Source: Microbotryum violaceum (Eukaryota). From it: a DNA stretch of 64,000 nt. The number at the start of each line of letters is the position of its first letter. Positions within the stretch are counted from its first letter, which is position 1. Where the stretch lies: NCBI GenBank assembly GCA_001244265.2, contig LN717261.1:2743591-2807590 (forward strand). The letters are read 5' to 3'. Positions 35,501-48,448 of this stretch are shown one piece after another. The position numbers and the translations under genes are program-made. The notes under the pieces are model-generated. The model was given only the letters and a program-made list of their open reading frames with translations, was not told the DNA's origin and ran no database searches.

Positions 35501-38500
35501 GGGTTCGTGCGAGGATGCCGAGTCGGGAGGTCTTTCCCCCCCCCCCCCCCCCCCCCGCTAAAGTCAAACGCAGGGTTCCGCAAGGGTTCAGTTGACACCA
35601 TGACATGACGGTAAGCCGGGTCAGGGGAGAGTATTCGACGAGCTGCCTCGAGTCAAGCCCTCAAATACCATCTCATACCTTGGGTAGGGGCGGTAGGCGC
35701 AGCGTGCCGTTGAGTTCACCCGATGCTCTTGTTTTGAGCTCAATCGCAAGTGTCCTTGGAAGGCCGGCATGAGGCTCAACTTGCTTGCTAAGCACGATGG
35801 TGACATTCAAATCAATATTATTCCAATGTATCTATGAGACTGGCGCGTGGATCATGAACACTGAGGTCGCTAGCCCGATAAAGAGGGGATTGGCCCGATT
35901 GCGCGTACTTCAGTCCACAATGTCATGTGCTAGACTTTCTAAGGTGCATCTGGTACAGCGCAGTGATACCTGAACTTGGGCACAATTGCCGATCGGCGAT
36001 GCCCCAACCCATCGCGCATACAAACCCGAGCTAAACGCGACTTGAAGAGTGAATAATTATAGGAGCGAAGTCGAGTGGCGTTGTACCTTTTCAAGCGGCG
36101 TGCCTCTTCCGTATGCACTTATTTTCTCGGTCACGCGGTCTTGTATGCCAAAACCAAAAAAAAATCACACTTATAGAGCAAGAATTTGTTCTCACCGGTC
36201 AGTGGAAGGTTCCGCCAATAAATGATTACTTCGAGAGCACTCGGCGATTCCGCACTGGCGTCCTTCACAAGGAGTTTTCAAAACACAGAAGGCGAGCTAA
36301 CACAAAATAAGCCAGAATGAAGTCGTTACGTAGTAGTCTTGGCAGCTACAATTATCGCTCTGGTGTTTCGTACTTGGCCCCTGTGCGAGACGGTCCGCCG
36401 GTCTCAAACGATCCCTCCCGAGTGGAGTGCGTTGCAGATGCTTGTGACTGATCAGACCAAAAGATGGCTTCTTCGCGTTGAGTTTATGTTATAGACACAT
36501 TACATTCGGTTAGAAATAACGAGTGTGATACGTTGCTGATGCGTCAAAGCGTTCTTGAACTACATTTTTCACATCGATGGTCGGCTAGATTCGTCTTGGG
36601 CGAGCCGGTCGGAGAGCGGAAATCGCTAAAGCGCAAACCCCCCATTAACATGGACAATCATCTTGAGAAAGAAGTTTCGGCCTGTTGAACCAAGTCTTCG
36701 GGTTGCTTGGCATGCCGACGTCTTCTTGAGCCCGTTGTGTTTGGAGTGCACCGGCTAGTCGAGATAGTCGAGAGAAGGGCAGAAAGGGATCAGGGTCAAG
36801 AGTCCAGATCGAACGGAATCGGTCCCACACGGGACGCGACGCGACAAACAGCACTCACCAAACGCTTGCTGCACCAATTGACAGTACCAAATGCTGAAAT
36901 CTCGAAATTTCAATTTCTTATCGTAAACGTCGCCGGCCCAGACTGCAGTGGAGTAGATGGCCCGCAAGGGTCAGCAAGAACGAAGAGGGCGAGGAGCATG
37001 AAGGGACTCCACAAGAAGCTCAACTCACAGTATCTTGGCATTGTGAGGCAAGTTCTTTATAAGCTTGTGCAGCTGCCTTGTCAGACGCCCCCGTTGTACA
37101 GGGTCACGTGAAGGCAATGGTGGATACAAAATTGTCCACATCATCGGCACCAATGGCTGTCGTATCTTGCTCCAGCGCCGGGATGTCCTCGCACTCGGCT
37201 CGCCCACTTTCTGTCGCGTTGATCCGAGTGAACAACTCGCTGGCGATCGGTTGTCGTTCTATCAGGCTGACTGGGACTGGGGAGTAGGAATAGCAGCAAT
37301 GAGGCAATTTAGAGCACTCAACACGGAACGAGGAAGGTTTGACATCTACTTACGATCAATACCATCATCGTTGGGTAGCTTCTCGAGAAGTACTGGCTCG
37401 TCCGGAAGGTGTCCCACGTGCTCAGCGCCCTTCGTTTCCTGACCGACCACCTTTGACCGGGTGACGCGTTGGAATCGCTCAGCCGGATTTTCTCGTCGCA
37501 ATAGTACCATTCCATGACGGCACGGCAAGGATCTGCTGAAACGCACAGTGACGGTCCGTCTTTCTCTTCCTTGGGGGTATAGCGCTTAGGCGGCTTGCTT
37601 TGCACGCGCCCGATCATGCCTTAAGGAATTCGAGCATCTGCGGGTAGGCATTCCTTGCGAGCGCCGGCGGAGGTCGGAGGCGGGCACAATTGCTCGGCAG
37701 TGGTGCCTGAAGACCGTTGATCGAATGTTGAACAGGAGCTGGGATTGGGATACTGGCCACGCGCAGACTGATTGGACATGGAAAGACCAGGCATCGCGTT
37801 GGCGGTTGAGACGGGACTGAACAAGAAATCCATCGTGCCTTCCATGGAAGATAGAACTCTCAGAAGCTAGGAAGAGATCAGGTCCGAGAGTAGTCAGTCG
37901 ATACTTCCAGCAGGAGCAATCGAAGCCAGGGTCGATCGATTGTCGTATACTACTAGTCACGTGGGCTGAGCTGGCAAGAACGACGCGACGTACGTGTATT
38001 TTGGACCAGTATCGAACGGAGATTAGGCACCTAGAAAGGTAATATCACAACAGAGGTGAAATAGAAGTAGCCTAGGGATAAGTACGATGGCTTTGGGTGG
38101 TCAGACGTTAGCCTGACATCATGCAAGCCAGTTCAGCTGGGAGGTGAGCTGAGCTATTAGCGAGCGACGGTCAACGCCAAAGTCGCGGGGAAAACGTACG
38201 CGGCGCGGCAGCGAGCATACACCTCTGGAACTCACTGATATGTTTTGGGCAGCTTTTGTACAACGCTGGTCGAAAAGTGCGCGCAAAACGAGGGAAAAGA
38301 GGCAGAGGCGAACACTGGGGCATCTTGGACGTCCGAAAAGGGCGCGCGCTGGACTGCGCTGGCGCGCGGCCGACACGTGACGTGCGCTAAGCTATGTAAG
38401 CCCTGTAGCACAAGCCACGGCCACTGTCTGCCAAAAAGTTTGCGCGGTTGAGATGTCCCAAAGCACCAGTGTTCCACATTATTTTAAAGTTGGGAAACAT

Positions 38501-38762
38501 CATAACTTTTGAGTACTGGGTATAGCTTGATCAACGAAGTCATGTCGGTCCGTATAATTCATCTGCCGCTGTTGACCGCCCCGGGATTGGGAGTCCTGGC
38601 AATCCGGGTATTGGGCGACCAACCCCAGTGAAACCCGCTGAGGATCGAGGTTTTTGGCGCGCTCGCGCGCGCGCGGTCTAGGCTGTAACTTTGATGGTCT
38701 TTTCGGCTTTTGCTGCAAGGATTTGACGCGCCGATTCAGGCTCGCGCGCACGGACCCTCTCT

Positions 38763-38964
38763 CCCCCGTGGATGCTATAGCTGTGCTTCCCACACACGCG
38801 GGCTCACGGGCGGTACTCGCAACGCACGTTCCCTTTTGGGCCTTCACTGCGTTGTCGACGTTTCCCCCAGTGGATGCTATAGCTGTGCTTCCCACACGCG
38901 AGCTCACGGGCGGTACTCGCAACGCACATTCCCTTTCGGGCCTAAACTGCGTTGTTGACGTTTC
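38763..38964 (+). repeat. ~100 bp tandem duplication near the left end of the YR element
   Basis: GTGGATGCTATAGCTGTGCTTCCCACAC...GGCGGTACTCGCAACGCAC occurs twice. Confidence 0.85.
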
Positions 38965-40490
38965 CTTACCAGCTTCTATGGCTGCGTTCACCACCTGTAG
39001 GGCCAGGTGCGTTCCTCACTCCCAAGACTACCTCCCAGCTGACGAGGTCGCTGATCGAGAGTTCCATCTTGCCGGACGTTCACAGCTGCTAGCAGCTCGG
39101 TATGAAACCCTCGACGTGGCTCGCTTAGAGTAGCTCGGGGTAAGTGCTTCGATACACCCAAGCTTGTTGCACGGTGTACTTTGCACTTGGATCCCTGCAA
39201 ATTCTTTGTGGGGGCATTTTGCTCCGAGTCCTTGTTGGGCAACGAACTAAATCGCATATCTCTCAGCAGACCCTTTGCCGTCCTTTGCACCAACCGCGCC
39301 ACAACTGTCTTTATACAGTGTCTTGCCTTTGTCGCAAAGGTATGCTGAGACAATCAGTGGACTTGCTCCATCATCAGTTGCAGCCGACTGACATCCAGAA
39401 GCTTGGGTCGCAAAGCTCCCAATTGTCATCCCGCCCACCATCCCTGTGTATCACCAAGAAGTTCGGACTCTCCTCCGTTTAGATCAATTTCTTGCGGTTT
39501 TCCCCAGAAGGCTGGGTTTTCACCGCTTGAGGTATTTGTTTAACAACTCCTACACCAATGTTGTCCTTCGTCTTGCTGCAACTCGAACCACTATTCCGCT
39601 ACAACTCGCGCGAGTGGTCAGGAGAGTCGAAGGTATTCGCTTTTCGGCTTTTCTTTTGCTGCAAGAGTTTGACGCTGAGGACTTTAGGGCGCGCGACTTC
39701 AACACCCCCAGCCGTAAGCCGTGCCCGCAAGCAGGCCTCCTGCCGTAAGCCGTGCCCGCACGCCTGCCTCGAGCATAAGCCTTGGCCCGTAAGCCGCACC
39801 CGCGCAGAAATTTCCCCAAGCACGCTCCCGCCGCACTGGGTCAGTTCCGCACTGCCTGCTGTTGCCGTACCAGTATTCGCTGCGTACCTTTGCCACCTTC
39901 TGCCAAGGTTGGTTGCCGTCCTAGATCTCTTCCTGCCCTCACGCCCTCTGGCTGACAGGTTCCGAGCATCTCACAGGACCTCCCCAGCGATACGAACACG
40001 CTGCCTCCCAGTCTTCTGCCCTGCCAGACTACGACGGACAGCTGCCCACTGCGTACGCCTCTTCTTCTCAACCTTCCTTATTGGATTGTTGACTGACTGT
40101 TCATACCCTGTATGCAGCCGTTCTGCCCTACGCCTGCCAGTGTAGCCGCACCTTCTTCTGCTGAGTACCGAGTCACGCTCTCGGAGCTAAGGTACATCAC
40201 TCCCCCACATCAGGCTCTACCTTTTGGTACTCCTGCTCACAACTGTCCTTGTTGGGCATGTTGGCTTACTTGGCTACCTTGCGCTACAGACTACACTTGC
40301 CACCCAACGTGCCAGCGTTCAGGGTCGGTTTCCTTCTTTCAAGTGTGTCACGCTTTCCAAGCAAAGGTATGCCAAGCCTCCCAGTCTTTGCAGTATTTCT
40401 GGGTACTAATAAGATCCACGCTTTCCAAGCAAAGTGTCCTATTTTTGAGCTTTCTTAAGGTCTCCGCTTCGCTTCGACCCCATCTTCATC

Positions 40491-42415
40491 ATGACGGTCG
40501 ATCCTTTCAGCGACGGCTCCGTTCCGCCCGTCTGGGACGCCGCGCACCCGATCCCTACCTCCGGCCACCATACGGAGAAGGCGCTTTTGCGAATCACGGA
40601 GGTATGGAGCGGCGCAGACGGTGGCCTCCTCACGGAGGCGGATGTACTGCTCATCAAGACGGAGGTCGAGAAGCAGCCACTCGATCCCGCAGCCCTCAAC
40701 TTCTGGGAGAGTCAAATCGACACGCTTCCCTTAGGCGTCGAACTCAGCATCGAGTCGCTTGCAGATGCAGACATGCATCCCATCCTCGCGCACGCTTTAG
40801 GCTCGTCTCGTCCGGCCGACTACATCGCTAGCTACGGAACTCGATACTGGACAAAGAATGTGTAGTCATACCGACTCCGCCGCCAGTCATCAGCAGGAGC
40901 TCTGTCATCGAATCAAGCTTACAATGAGGAAGACGAAGCCGAGGACATCAGCGAGGACGCACACGATGACGCAGCACGCCGTGTCGCATCTATTTGAGGA
41001 TTGGGGGACCTACCGATATATGCCCCCCGCGAACTCGACACCGATCACGACGGACGTCTCATCGTGCGCTCCAACCTGTTTATCGAAGGCGAACTCCCTT
41101 CATCTTCATTGCCTGCCGGCGATGAGGTGATGTACAAGTACTCCTGCCTGCCTCGTGGATGGATCGTTACCGTCACCGCACCGGCCTCAACTCCTGCGGC
41201 TCTTCGTGCTTCGAAGCATCTGAAGCGCCCTACTCTGGAGGACGACCAATGGGACACCGAGGAGGAGTCCGATGACGAAACTTCGGGGGAAGTCCAACGT
41301 GAAGAGCTAGTGGCGCAACTTAATCGACTTGCTCCTCAGGCCAGGAAGAAGAAGAAAAGCTTACCCGTCCCTTTGACCCGTCGGCTCCAACCGCGTACCG
41401 CCCTTCCGCGCTCGCTCGCGGTACTCGCTCGCGCCAGGACAAAGACACAGACGACGAGGACGCCCCTTCTTCCATGTCACCCACTCAGGATCGGGACAAG
41501 GCAGCGTGGATGTACAAACAGACCTTGGCGATTCCCCCAACGGCCTACTCCGAGCTCCCCGACTATGTCCTCATGCGAAGGGATAAGGAAGACATGTACA
41601 AGGAAGCCCTGACTTTCCACCGCTCGCATGTCTACCGACTGGACAAACAGGCGGCTACCCTCAAAAAGAACCACGGTCTCAAACTCGACGTCATCAAAAT
41701 CATGAAGGTCCTTACCGGCCAATTCGTGAGCGCTGTTGATGCCTACAATCCCGCACCCTCGGATTTGTTCTATTTGTTCCAGCACTCCTCTGGTAGCAAG
41801 TTCTATGGTATTGAAGCTATGATCCAATCGAAAGCCTCCCTTCCCAAGAAGACGCTCTCGTATGCCGGACACATTGAAGCGTTAATGGAACTCGAACGAC
41901 TTGAAGGGGTGGTCTTCAACTACCACCAAGGCCGGGATTGGAAGCACTACACGCGCTTCCTACGCGAGCTGGCAAAGGACTCCCAACTGGGTTTTGACTT
42001 CATGGTTCTCTACAATGACGAGTACCGTAAACAGCTCGCCGACCCCGACAAGTCGGTCCACTCGCTGCTCGACGCGCATCTAGGCGACAGTGTCTACGCA
42101 AAACTGATCAGCAGGTGGCTAGCTCAGACAACTCCCTTTTGCAACGAGGGCCCGCCTGCGGCAAACCGCGGCTCCTCATCGCACTCTCGTCAGGGTTCAA
42201 TCCCACCCAAGAAAAAATGCAGCAATGCCTGCAAAAGGTTCAACAGAGGTGAGAACCACATTGAGGAGGACTGCCTTTATAGGCATATCTGCTCATCTTG
42301 CAAGGGCGGGCACGCAGCTAATAGTGCTGTCTGCCCGAACCGTCACCTCCAACATGGAGGACGTCTCGTCGTGACAGCGGCCGGATCAGCGGCTGGTTCT
42401 GCCTCTCGGCAGTAG
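40491..42415 (+). pseudogene. Gag-like ORF1 of the YR element, frameshifted
   Basis: ORFs 40491-40865, 41001-41612 and 41474-42415 in successive frames; C-terminal CKRFNRGENHIEEDCLYRHICSSCKGGH zinc finger. Confidence 0.65.
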
Positions 42416-43519
42416 ATACCTTGAGGATGGCGTTGACTCACTAACCCCGGACGAGTTGTTGCCATCGGTCGTCATGTTGGACGACAATGGACCTCCGGGC
42501 CATCCCTCTCTCTCACCTTTTGGGCCTCGGGCTGGCACCCAGGTACCAGAGGCAATTCCACTTCGACACACCCTCAAAGGACTACCCAACCACTCCTCTC
42601 CTTTCTTTGACTTCGTCGCTGGGCAGGCTCCCAGGACCACTCGCTCGCGCATCCTTCACCGTCGAGCAACTTGCAACCATCGCGGAAACTCAGTGACTTT
42701 ATCCCTCTCAATTCAATTTCACTCAAACGAGTGACAATCGATATTTGGGGCAGCTTCTGGCAGAGCACCCCAACACAACCCTGGTCAACTCCTTCATCTC
42801 CGCTTTTCGTACGGATGGATTTGAGCCACAGCATGATGGCAGTGATGCTTGCGGCGACGATCCCTCCACCGTACGGTTCCCAAAAAGCGAGCACCACCAC
42901 GACTTCATTCAAGCAACCATTGACGAAGAAGTTATGAAGCACTGGGTCTCCCCGGGCTCAGCTTTCCCTCTACCCGGAGTCACCTACAATTTGATCTTTG
43001 TAGTCGAATCGGCCAACCATAGGATGCGTGTGGTGGCAGAGCACACCTCCTCCGGCCTCAACAATGGGATCCAACGATCTGATTGTCCAACGGTGTACGA
43101 TACTATCATCGATTTCATTCAGCTGCTTCGTTGGCATCGTTTCTCCTCAAAGCTCCTTACGGACAACTCAGTCCTCTGGAAGCTCGACGTCTCTTTGGTG
43201 TTCATAATTTTGTACACATCAACACCTCAGTGGCAACGGCGCTCGCAGCAATGGCTACACTGCTTGTAGGATCACCCTCACTCCCCCTCGACGCCCCTAG
43301 TCTGACAAGGTGGGGTCTCAAGGACGCCAATGTTGCCGTCTACACCGATGCATGTCTCAGCAACAATACTGGTTCGAGAGCGGGGTTGGGCTTCTGGCTT
43401 CGGTGGAATGGCACCGTGCATCACTACTACTGCAGACCGCAGCAAGCCTACAAACGAATACAATTTGCCGAGACCTCGACGGTAGTGCTTGCCTTGTCCA
43501 TTGTTGTTGAGCGCAGCCC

Positions 43520-44452
43520 ATGCTTCCACTTGACAAACTTTGTCGCCTGCGTGACGAAACCGGCCTCGATGCGCTCAAACCTAAAACCCGGACAGACTAC
43601 GCTTGCGCACTACGGCAGTGGATTGATTTCATCACCTACTATCGTAGTATAGGCCACCACCTACCGTATGACCCCACTGAGGATACTCTCTCCGCCTTTA
43701 TTTGCCACCGCTATTGGACGGTATCCTCGGTCTCCCAAACGCTCTCAGGCCTTGCGTTCACCTTTTGCCCATGGCTCGGTACGGAATGGGAAAGGGTTCG
43801 CACCTTGCAACTAGTCACAAACATGATTGTGGGTGGCATCAAGTTGTGGCGACGCCCTCGGAAGCAAGCCAAACCACTGAGTTTCCGCTCAGTCGCTTTT
43901 GCGCTTCGCACGGCAGTGAGTAACCCTCGTCTTGACTACGACTCGTTACTGTTCTTGGCAATGGTCGCCTTGAGCTTTGCCTCCTGCGCTCGTAGCGCGG
44001 AGCTTGCGTTACCATCAACAATCCGATTCCGCGACCCGGCCAAGCTCCCACGTCGGATTACCGTACAAATGAAGGACGCGTACCACAAGGCGGACCGCCG
44101 GTGGCAAGGCTTGTACCTCTACTTCACTTGCAACACCACCGACCCCGTTTTCATCACTATTCTGCTTTGCTACCTGTACGCTAGGGATCAAAGGTACCCG
44201 AATTCCCCACTCCTGTTTGTGACAAAGGCGGGGCTCCCACCCACCCGCACCTGGTTTGTCAGCCGCCTGCGTCGCGCCTTTGGACCGAGTTACAGTGACC
44301 ACTCTCTGCGCTCGGGTGGCGCCACTCACTATGCTCTCAGAGGACTCCCTGCAGAAGTCATCAAACGACTTGGTCGCTGGCGCTCCTCTGCTTGGGAGGA
44401 TTACGTTCGGGTCTCCCCTCAACTGCAGCAAGCCCTCCTGAGCTCGGGATAA
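43520..44452 (+). CDS. Tyrosine recombinase of the YR retroelement
   Basis: TRTDYACALRQWIDF N-terminal domain; CARSAEL (R), DHSLRSGGAT (HxxR), RLGRWRSSAWEDYVR (W...Y). Confidence 0.9.
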   Translation: MLPLDKLCRLRDETGLDALKPKTRTDYACALRQWIDFITYYRSIGHHLPYDPTEDTLSAFICHRYWTVSSVSQTLSGLAFTFCPWLGTEWERVRTLQLVTNMIVGGIKLWRRPRKQAKPLSFRSVAFALRTAVSNPRLDYDSLLFLAMVALSFASCARSAELALPSTIRFRDPAKLPRRITVQMKDAYHKADRRWQGLYLYFTCNTTDPVFITILLCYLYARDQRYPNSPLLFVTKAGLPPTRTWFVSRLRRAFGPSYSDHSLRSGGATHYALRGLPAEVIKRLGRWRSSAWEDYVRVSPQLQQALLSSG

Positions 44453-45812
44453 ACCCCGTATCTTCCATCTCCCGATCACCAACAACAATACGTATTACGG
44501 GATGCCGGGTTTCATGCCTGATACTGCAACTCAACTCATACCCCGCTACCTAGCCGCGCTTCTACGAAAGAGGTACACCTGAGGTGGTAATATCTGCTTG
44601 GTGGCTATTCCCCGAGCCTCCGGGTTTCCGTATGTGCAGCGTAGTTATTACCGGGTTCGGGGGTTATTGCCACCGCAATACCACCCCACGGATGTCTAGA
44701 ACTTCTCTGTAACACTCTTGCCTCTGGCAGTGGATGAAACAGACGAGTGAAGGAAGCCAGTGCATTATTCCAGGTTCAAAAAAATGGGCCGAGCTTCATC
44801 ATTCATCCGGTCAAAGATGTACTCCTGAGACTCCTCTGGACCAACCCTCCGATGTATGCGACCCGCTGAGGTCAGGATGCACCGCAGATCCACAATCTCG
44901 ACCGCACCTGAAGCATGTTGAACTTAAGTGAAGCACAAGTTCTGATGCTTTTGCGCCCCTACAGGAGACACAGCCTTCCGCTTTTGCCGCTTTGGCGTCG
45001 GCCTGGCAATTGGGGCCTGTTTGATCGCATCGTAGACGGGTTGCAAGTGGCTCAAACCAAGCCACCGTACCTTCCCAACCAGGAAGTTCTGTGAAGCGAT
45101 AGGAAAATGTCAGGGTCGTAGGTCCACCTGGCACAATCAGGTGCGAATGCGCGCACCTGCTCCCCCTCTCGGAACTCATAAATCGCCAAAAGTTGACCAA
45201 AATGTTCGACACGATCGGCTCCTTCGCGTTCACGAGGGAACGCCTGGGAGTTGTCTTGTGCATGTGCTCGAGCTCCACCTGCTTGCACTAGGGATACTTC
45301 CTCAGTGCCGGTACACCGATGAGATAAGAGAAGCGAGGAAACCGCGAAGAAGCCATTTGCAAGGCAGCATCCGCACATTCAGGTGCATCAGCTCACAGAG
45401 AAGAGGTCAGATAATTCACATCGCAAGCAGATTGTGCTCCTTAAGTAGAACATGACTGACAATGATTCACTGCGTCCTGTGGTAATTGCCAAGCCTTGCT
45501 TGCGGCACGCGTGACCGTTAACGGTTGAGCCGCTCCATGGCAACTTAGCGATCAAGATCCATGCCTTTCGATGAAATCGGCTATGTGTAAGGTGTAATAC
45601 CGTATTGAATATGCGAGTTACTACTTGAGACGCTGCCAGAGGCTTGTGTGTCGTTTGACAGCGCCGTGTCGTCGATCTGAGCGCCGACCACGTTTGAGAG
45701 TCCGGGGTCCTGCCTGCGGTGGCATGACGTGTTGTGCTGCCTCGCGCTGACGCAAACTCGCGCTTTCGTCGCTTTCCTTCTTCGGCGTCGCAACAACATA
45801 CCAGCAACAGTG

Positions 45813-48177
45813 ATGCCTTCCCCTCTAGATATCACGATCAAGCACGCGGGCAAGAGCTACCCGATCACTCTGGACCTCGACCAACCGGGTAGTCACTTCA
45901 AGCAACAGATCTTTGAGCGTACGGGCGTCGAACCGAGCAAGGTCAAGGTCGTCGTCAAGGGGGGAATGCTCAAGGTGCGCTTTCGACTGGATTGGAAGAG
46001 AGTCCTGATCGATCTAGTCGCCGGAATGAAAGGATAACACCGTCTGCGGGCTGCTCTTTGGCGATGACGCGTCGTCGCCCTCGCTTTCTTCAACCGAAGC
46101 CCTCCTCTGTCGATTGCGATGGCCTAATCAGGCGCTGATCCTTCCTTGTTCTTCAACTTGCTTACTACAGGATGATGCCGATTTCAAGAAACTCGGGCTT
46201 AAAGCGGTCAGTGGCCTGACTTACTGAGGCTTAGCTCAGACTCGCCCGGCGCCATCGCTGAATTTAAGCTTCCTCCATCTTAATGTAACACAGGGCCAGA
46301 CCATCATGGTACGTCTATACCGGACCAACACCCGTTGAAAAGAAATACTCGCCAATCACTTCATTCTTCGCAGGTCATTGGCGCCGCGAGTCCCCTGCCA
46401 CCCCCACCGACCGAGAAGATCGTCTTCATGGAGGACATGACCGACATTGAACTGGCCCAAGCAGTGCGTTTATGCCCTCCGCTTCTAAATTTATTAATTG
46501 GTAGGAATGTTTCTAACGCGTAATCAGTATCGTTTACAGGTCGCCACTCCTGTTGGATTGCAAAACTTGGGTGAGTGCTCTATTTGTCGCCCGCCAGAAA
46601 ACCGATCGCTCGCAACTCATCTCGCACGACTCCACAGGCAATACCTGCTACCTGAACTCAACCGTCCAGGTCCTCCGAGCTATCCCAGAGCTTCAAACCG
46701 CTCTTGACGCGTAAACACATTTCAAATCTGGCCATTCCCGTGTCCTCCTCTCCACCTGACTCTTGCTCCTTCTAAAAATCGTGCAGGCACCCCGGCTTAT
46801 CGTCCTCGGCAGCATCCGAATCCTCCCTCACCGCCTCCCTCCGAGACCTATACAAGAACATGTCCTCGACCCAAGAGGACTTTCCTCCCGTCGTTTTCCT
46901 TCAAATGCTACGTCAATTCGCACCCCAGTTCGCCGAGACCTCTCGAATGGGCGGAGGAGGTTTCGCGCAGCAGGACGCTCAGGAGGCGTGGGCCTCGATC
47001 GTGCAAGCTGTCAAGACGAGCTTGGGATCGAGTGGATCGGGATTTGTAGATCAGTACATGATGGGCGAAATGACAAAGACGTGAGTTATGGGTGGGAAAG
47101 TTTCTAGTGGGATCGTTGACCGATCATGACTGCTCTTCATTTGGTCTGAGCAGGCTCAAGTCGCCCGAGGCGCTTGGGGAAGAGCCGACGGTGTCGAAGG
47201 AACGTTTCCTCGAGATCAAGTGTCCCATCTCGGCTTCAACAACATACATGATGACGGGTATTAACGATGTAAGTTCGAGTTGAAGCTTTTGTTGCGACCT
47301 GGTCAAGCATTCCCACAACACTCACTCGTCCTTCCCCCACGATGACCAGTCGTTGAACCAAGACATCGAAAAAACCTCGCCCACACTCTCCCGCCAAGCC
47401 GTCTACCACGAAACGTCCCGCATTTCTCGCCTTCCCTCTTACCTGACCATCAATTTTGTCCGCTTCTACTGGCGCCGCGAGATCGGTAAAAAGACTAAGA
47501 TCATGAAGCGCGTTTCGTTCCCTCACGATCTGGACGTGATCAATCTCCTGACGGACGACTTGAAGAGTAAAGTCAAGGGGATGAATGTCAAGTTGAAGGA
47601 GGTGGACAAAGATCGTCGCGAGCGAGCCAAGGTTCGTCGAAGGGCCAAGAAGGTCGAGGAGGCGATCAAGGCTCCGATGCCTTCCACAACGACTGCCGCT
47701 GTTGCTGCACCTGCGAACCCATCCGATGATCCTCCCGAAGCCATGGCCGTCGACGACGCTACCCCTTCCACAACCAAGGCCGGCGAACTAGTCGATGAAA
47801 CCTCGAAACGACATGAAGAAGCCCAACTGTTGAACTCGCTCGTCGACCCTTCTCTCAAAGTTGATAAGGGAGCCAATGTGTCGGGTCTGTACGAATTGGT
47901 CGGGATCGTTTCGCATAAGGGAGCAAGTGCGGATGGTGGGCATTACGTAGGCTGGACTCGAGCGGATGCAATGGATCGTTCGAAGAATCCTGACCACAAG
48001 GGGAAAGGGAAGGAGGTTGATGTGGCGGATGTCGAAGACCCGGATAAGGTCGAGTGGTATAAGTTTGACGATGAGAAGGTGACGACGGTCAAGAAGGAGA
48101 AGATCACGCTGTTGGAGGGGGGTAGGGAGGACCATTGTGCATATATCCTCATTTATAGATCAAAGTCGTTGGAGTAG
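45813..48177 (+). CDS. UBP6: Proteasome-associated deubiquitinase Ubp6/USP14, multi-exon
   Basis: N-terminal UBL (FKQQIFERTGVEPSKVKVVVKGGMLK), Cys box PVGLQNLG/NTCYLNST, FAQQDAQE, SRLPSYLTINFVRFYW, His box HKGASADGGHY, WYKFDDEKV. Confidence 0.95.
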
Positions 48178-48448
48178 AGGAAAGGATCATAGCCCGGAGC
48201 ATGAAATGAAGATAGGCGGCTGAGGTCGATCGCACGGCTAGATAGTAGACAGCTTGAATGGTGTCGACCGCCCGGCTAGTGAACATAGCGAGAGTCTGCA
48301 CGCTGCATGCTGATCTACATGCCAGGTTGACGTAAATGCCACCCTGGCAAGTCACCGAAGGGCTCCCTGTACCCAAATGAGCTCGGCGATCCCAAAGCCA
48401 GCGCGCCGTGCACGATCAGCAACCGGCGGCCTGCTCGCTCGCGCGCTG

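Larger units (their letters stand above)
38699..44571 (+). mobile_element. Ngaro/DIRS-type tyrosine-recombinase retrotransposon, internally deleted
   Basis: Order gag-like, RT remnant (WKLDVS, no YxDD seen), RNase H remnant (VYTDAC...GLGFW...IQFAE), tyrosine recombinase; boundaries defined by the split KDZ TIR with GGT at both junctions. Confidence 0.82.
31334..44586 (+). mobile_element. Second KDZ element with ~139 bp TIRs; right TIR split by a tyrosine-recombinase retroelement
   Basis: Left TIR 31334-31472 (CACCTCAGGCGTACCTTCAAAGTTACAGCCTAGACC...) is inverted at 38572-38698; the missing tip GGTACACCTGAGGTG lies at 44572-44586. Confidence 0.8.

Noticed and set aside
43520-44452. Phage integrase, Crypton or Starship captain
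   Set aside because: Preceded by gag-like, RT and RNase H remnants, which indicates a DIRS/Ngaro retroelement.
44811-45378. Cys-rich minus-strand ORFs upstream of UBP6
   Set aside because: No family recognised and no clear gene structure; too weak to call.
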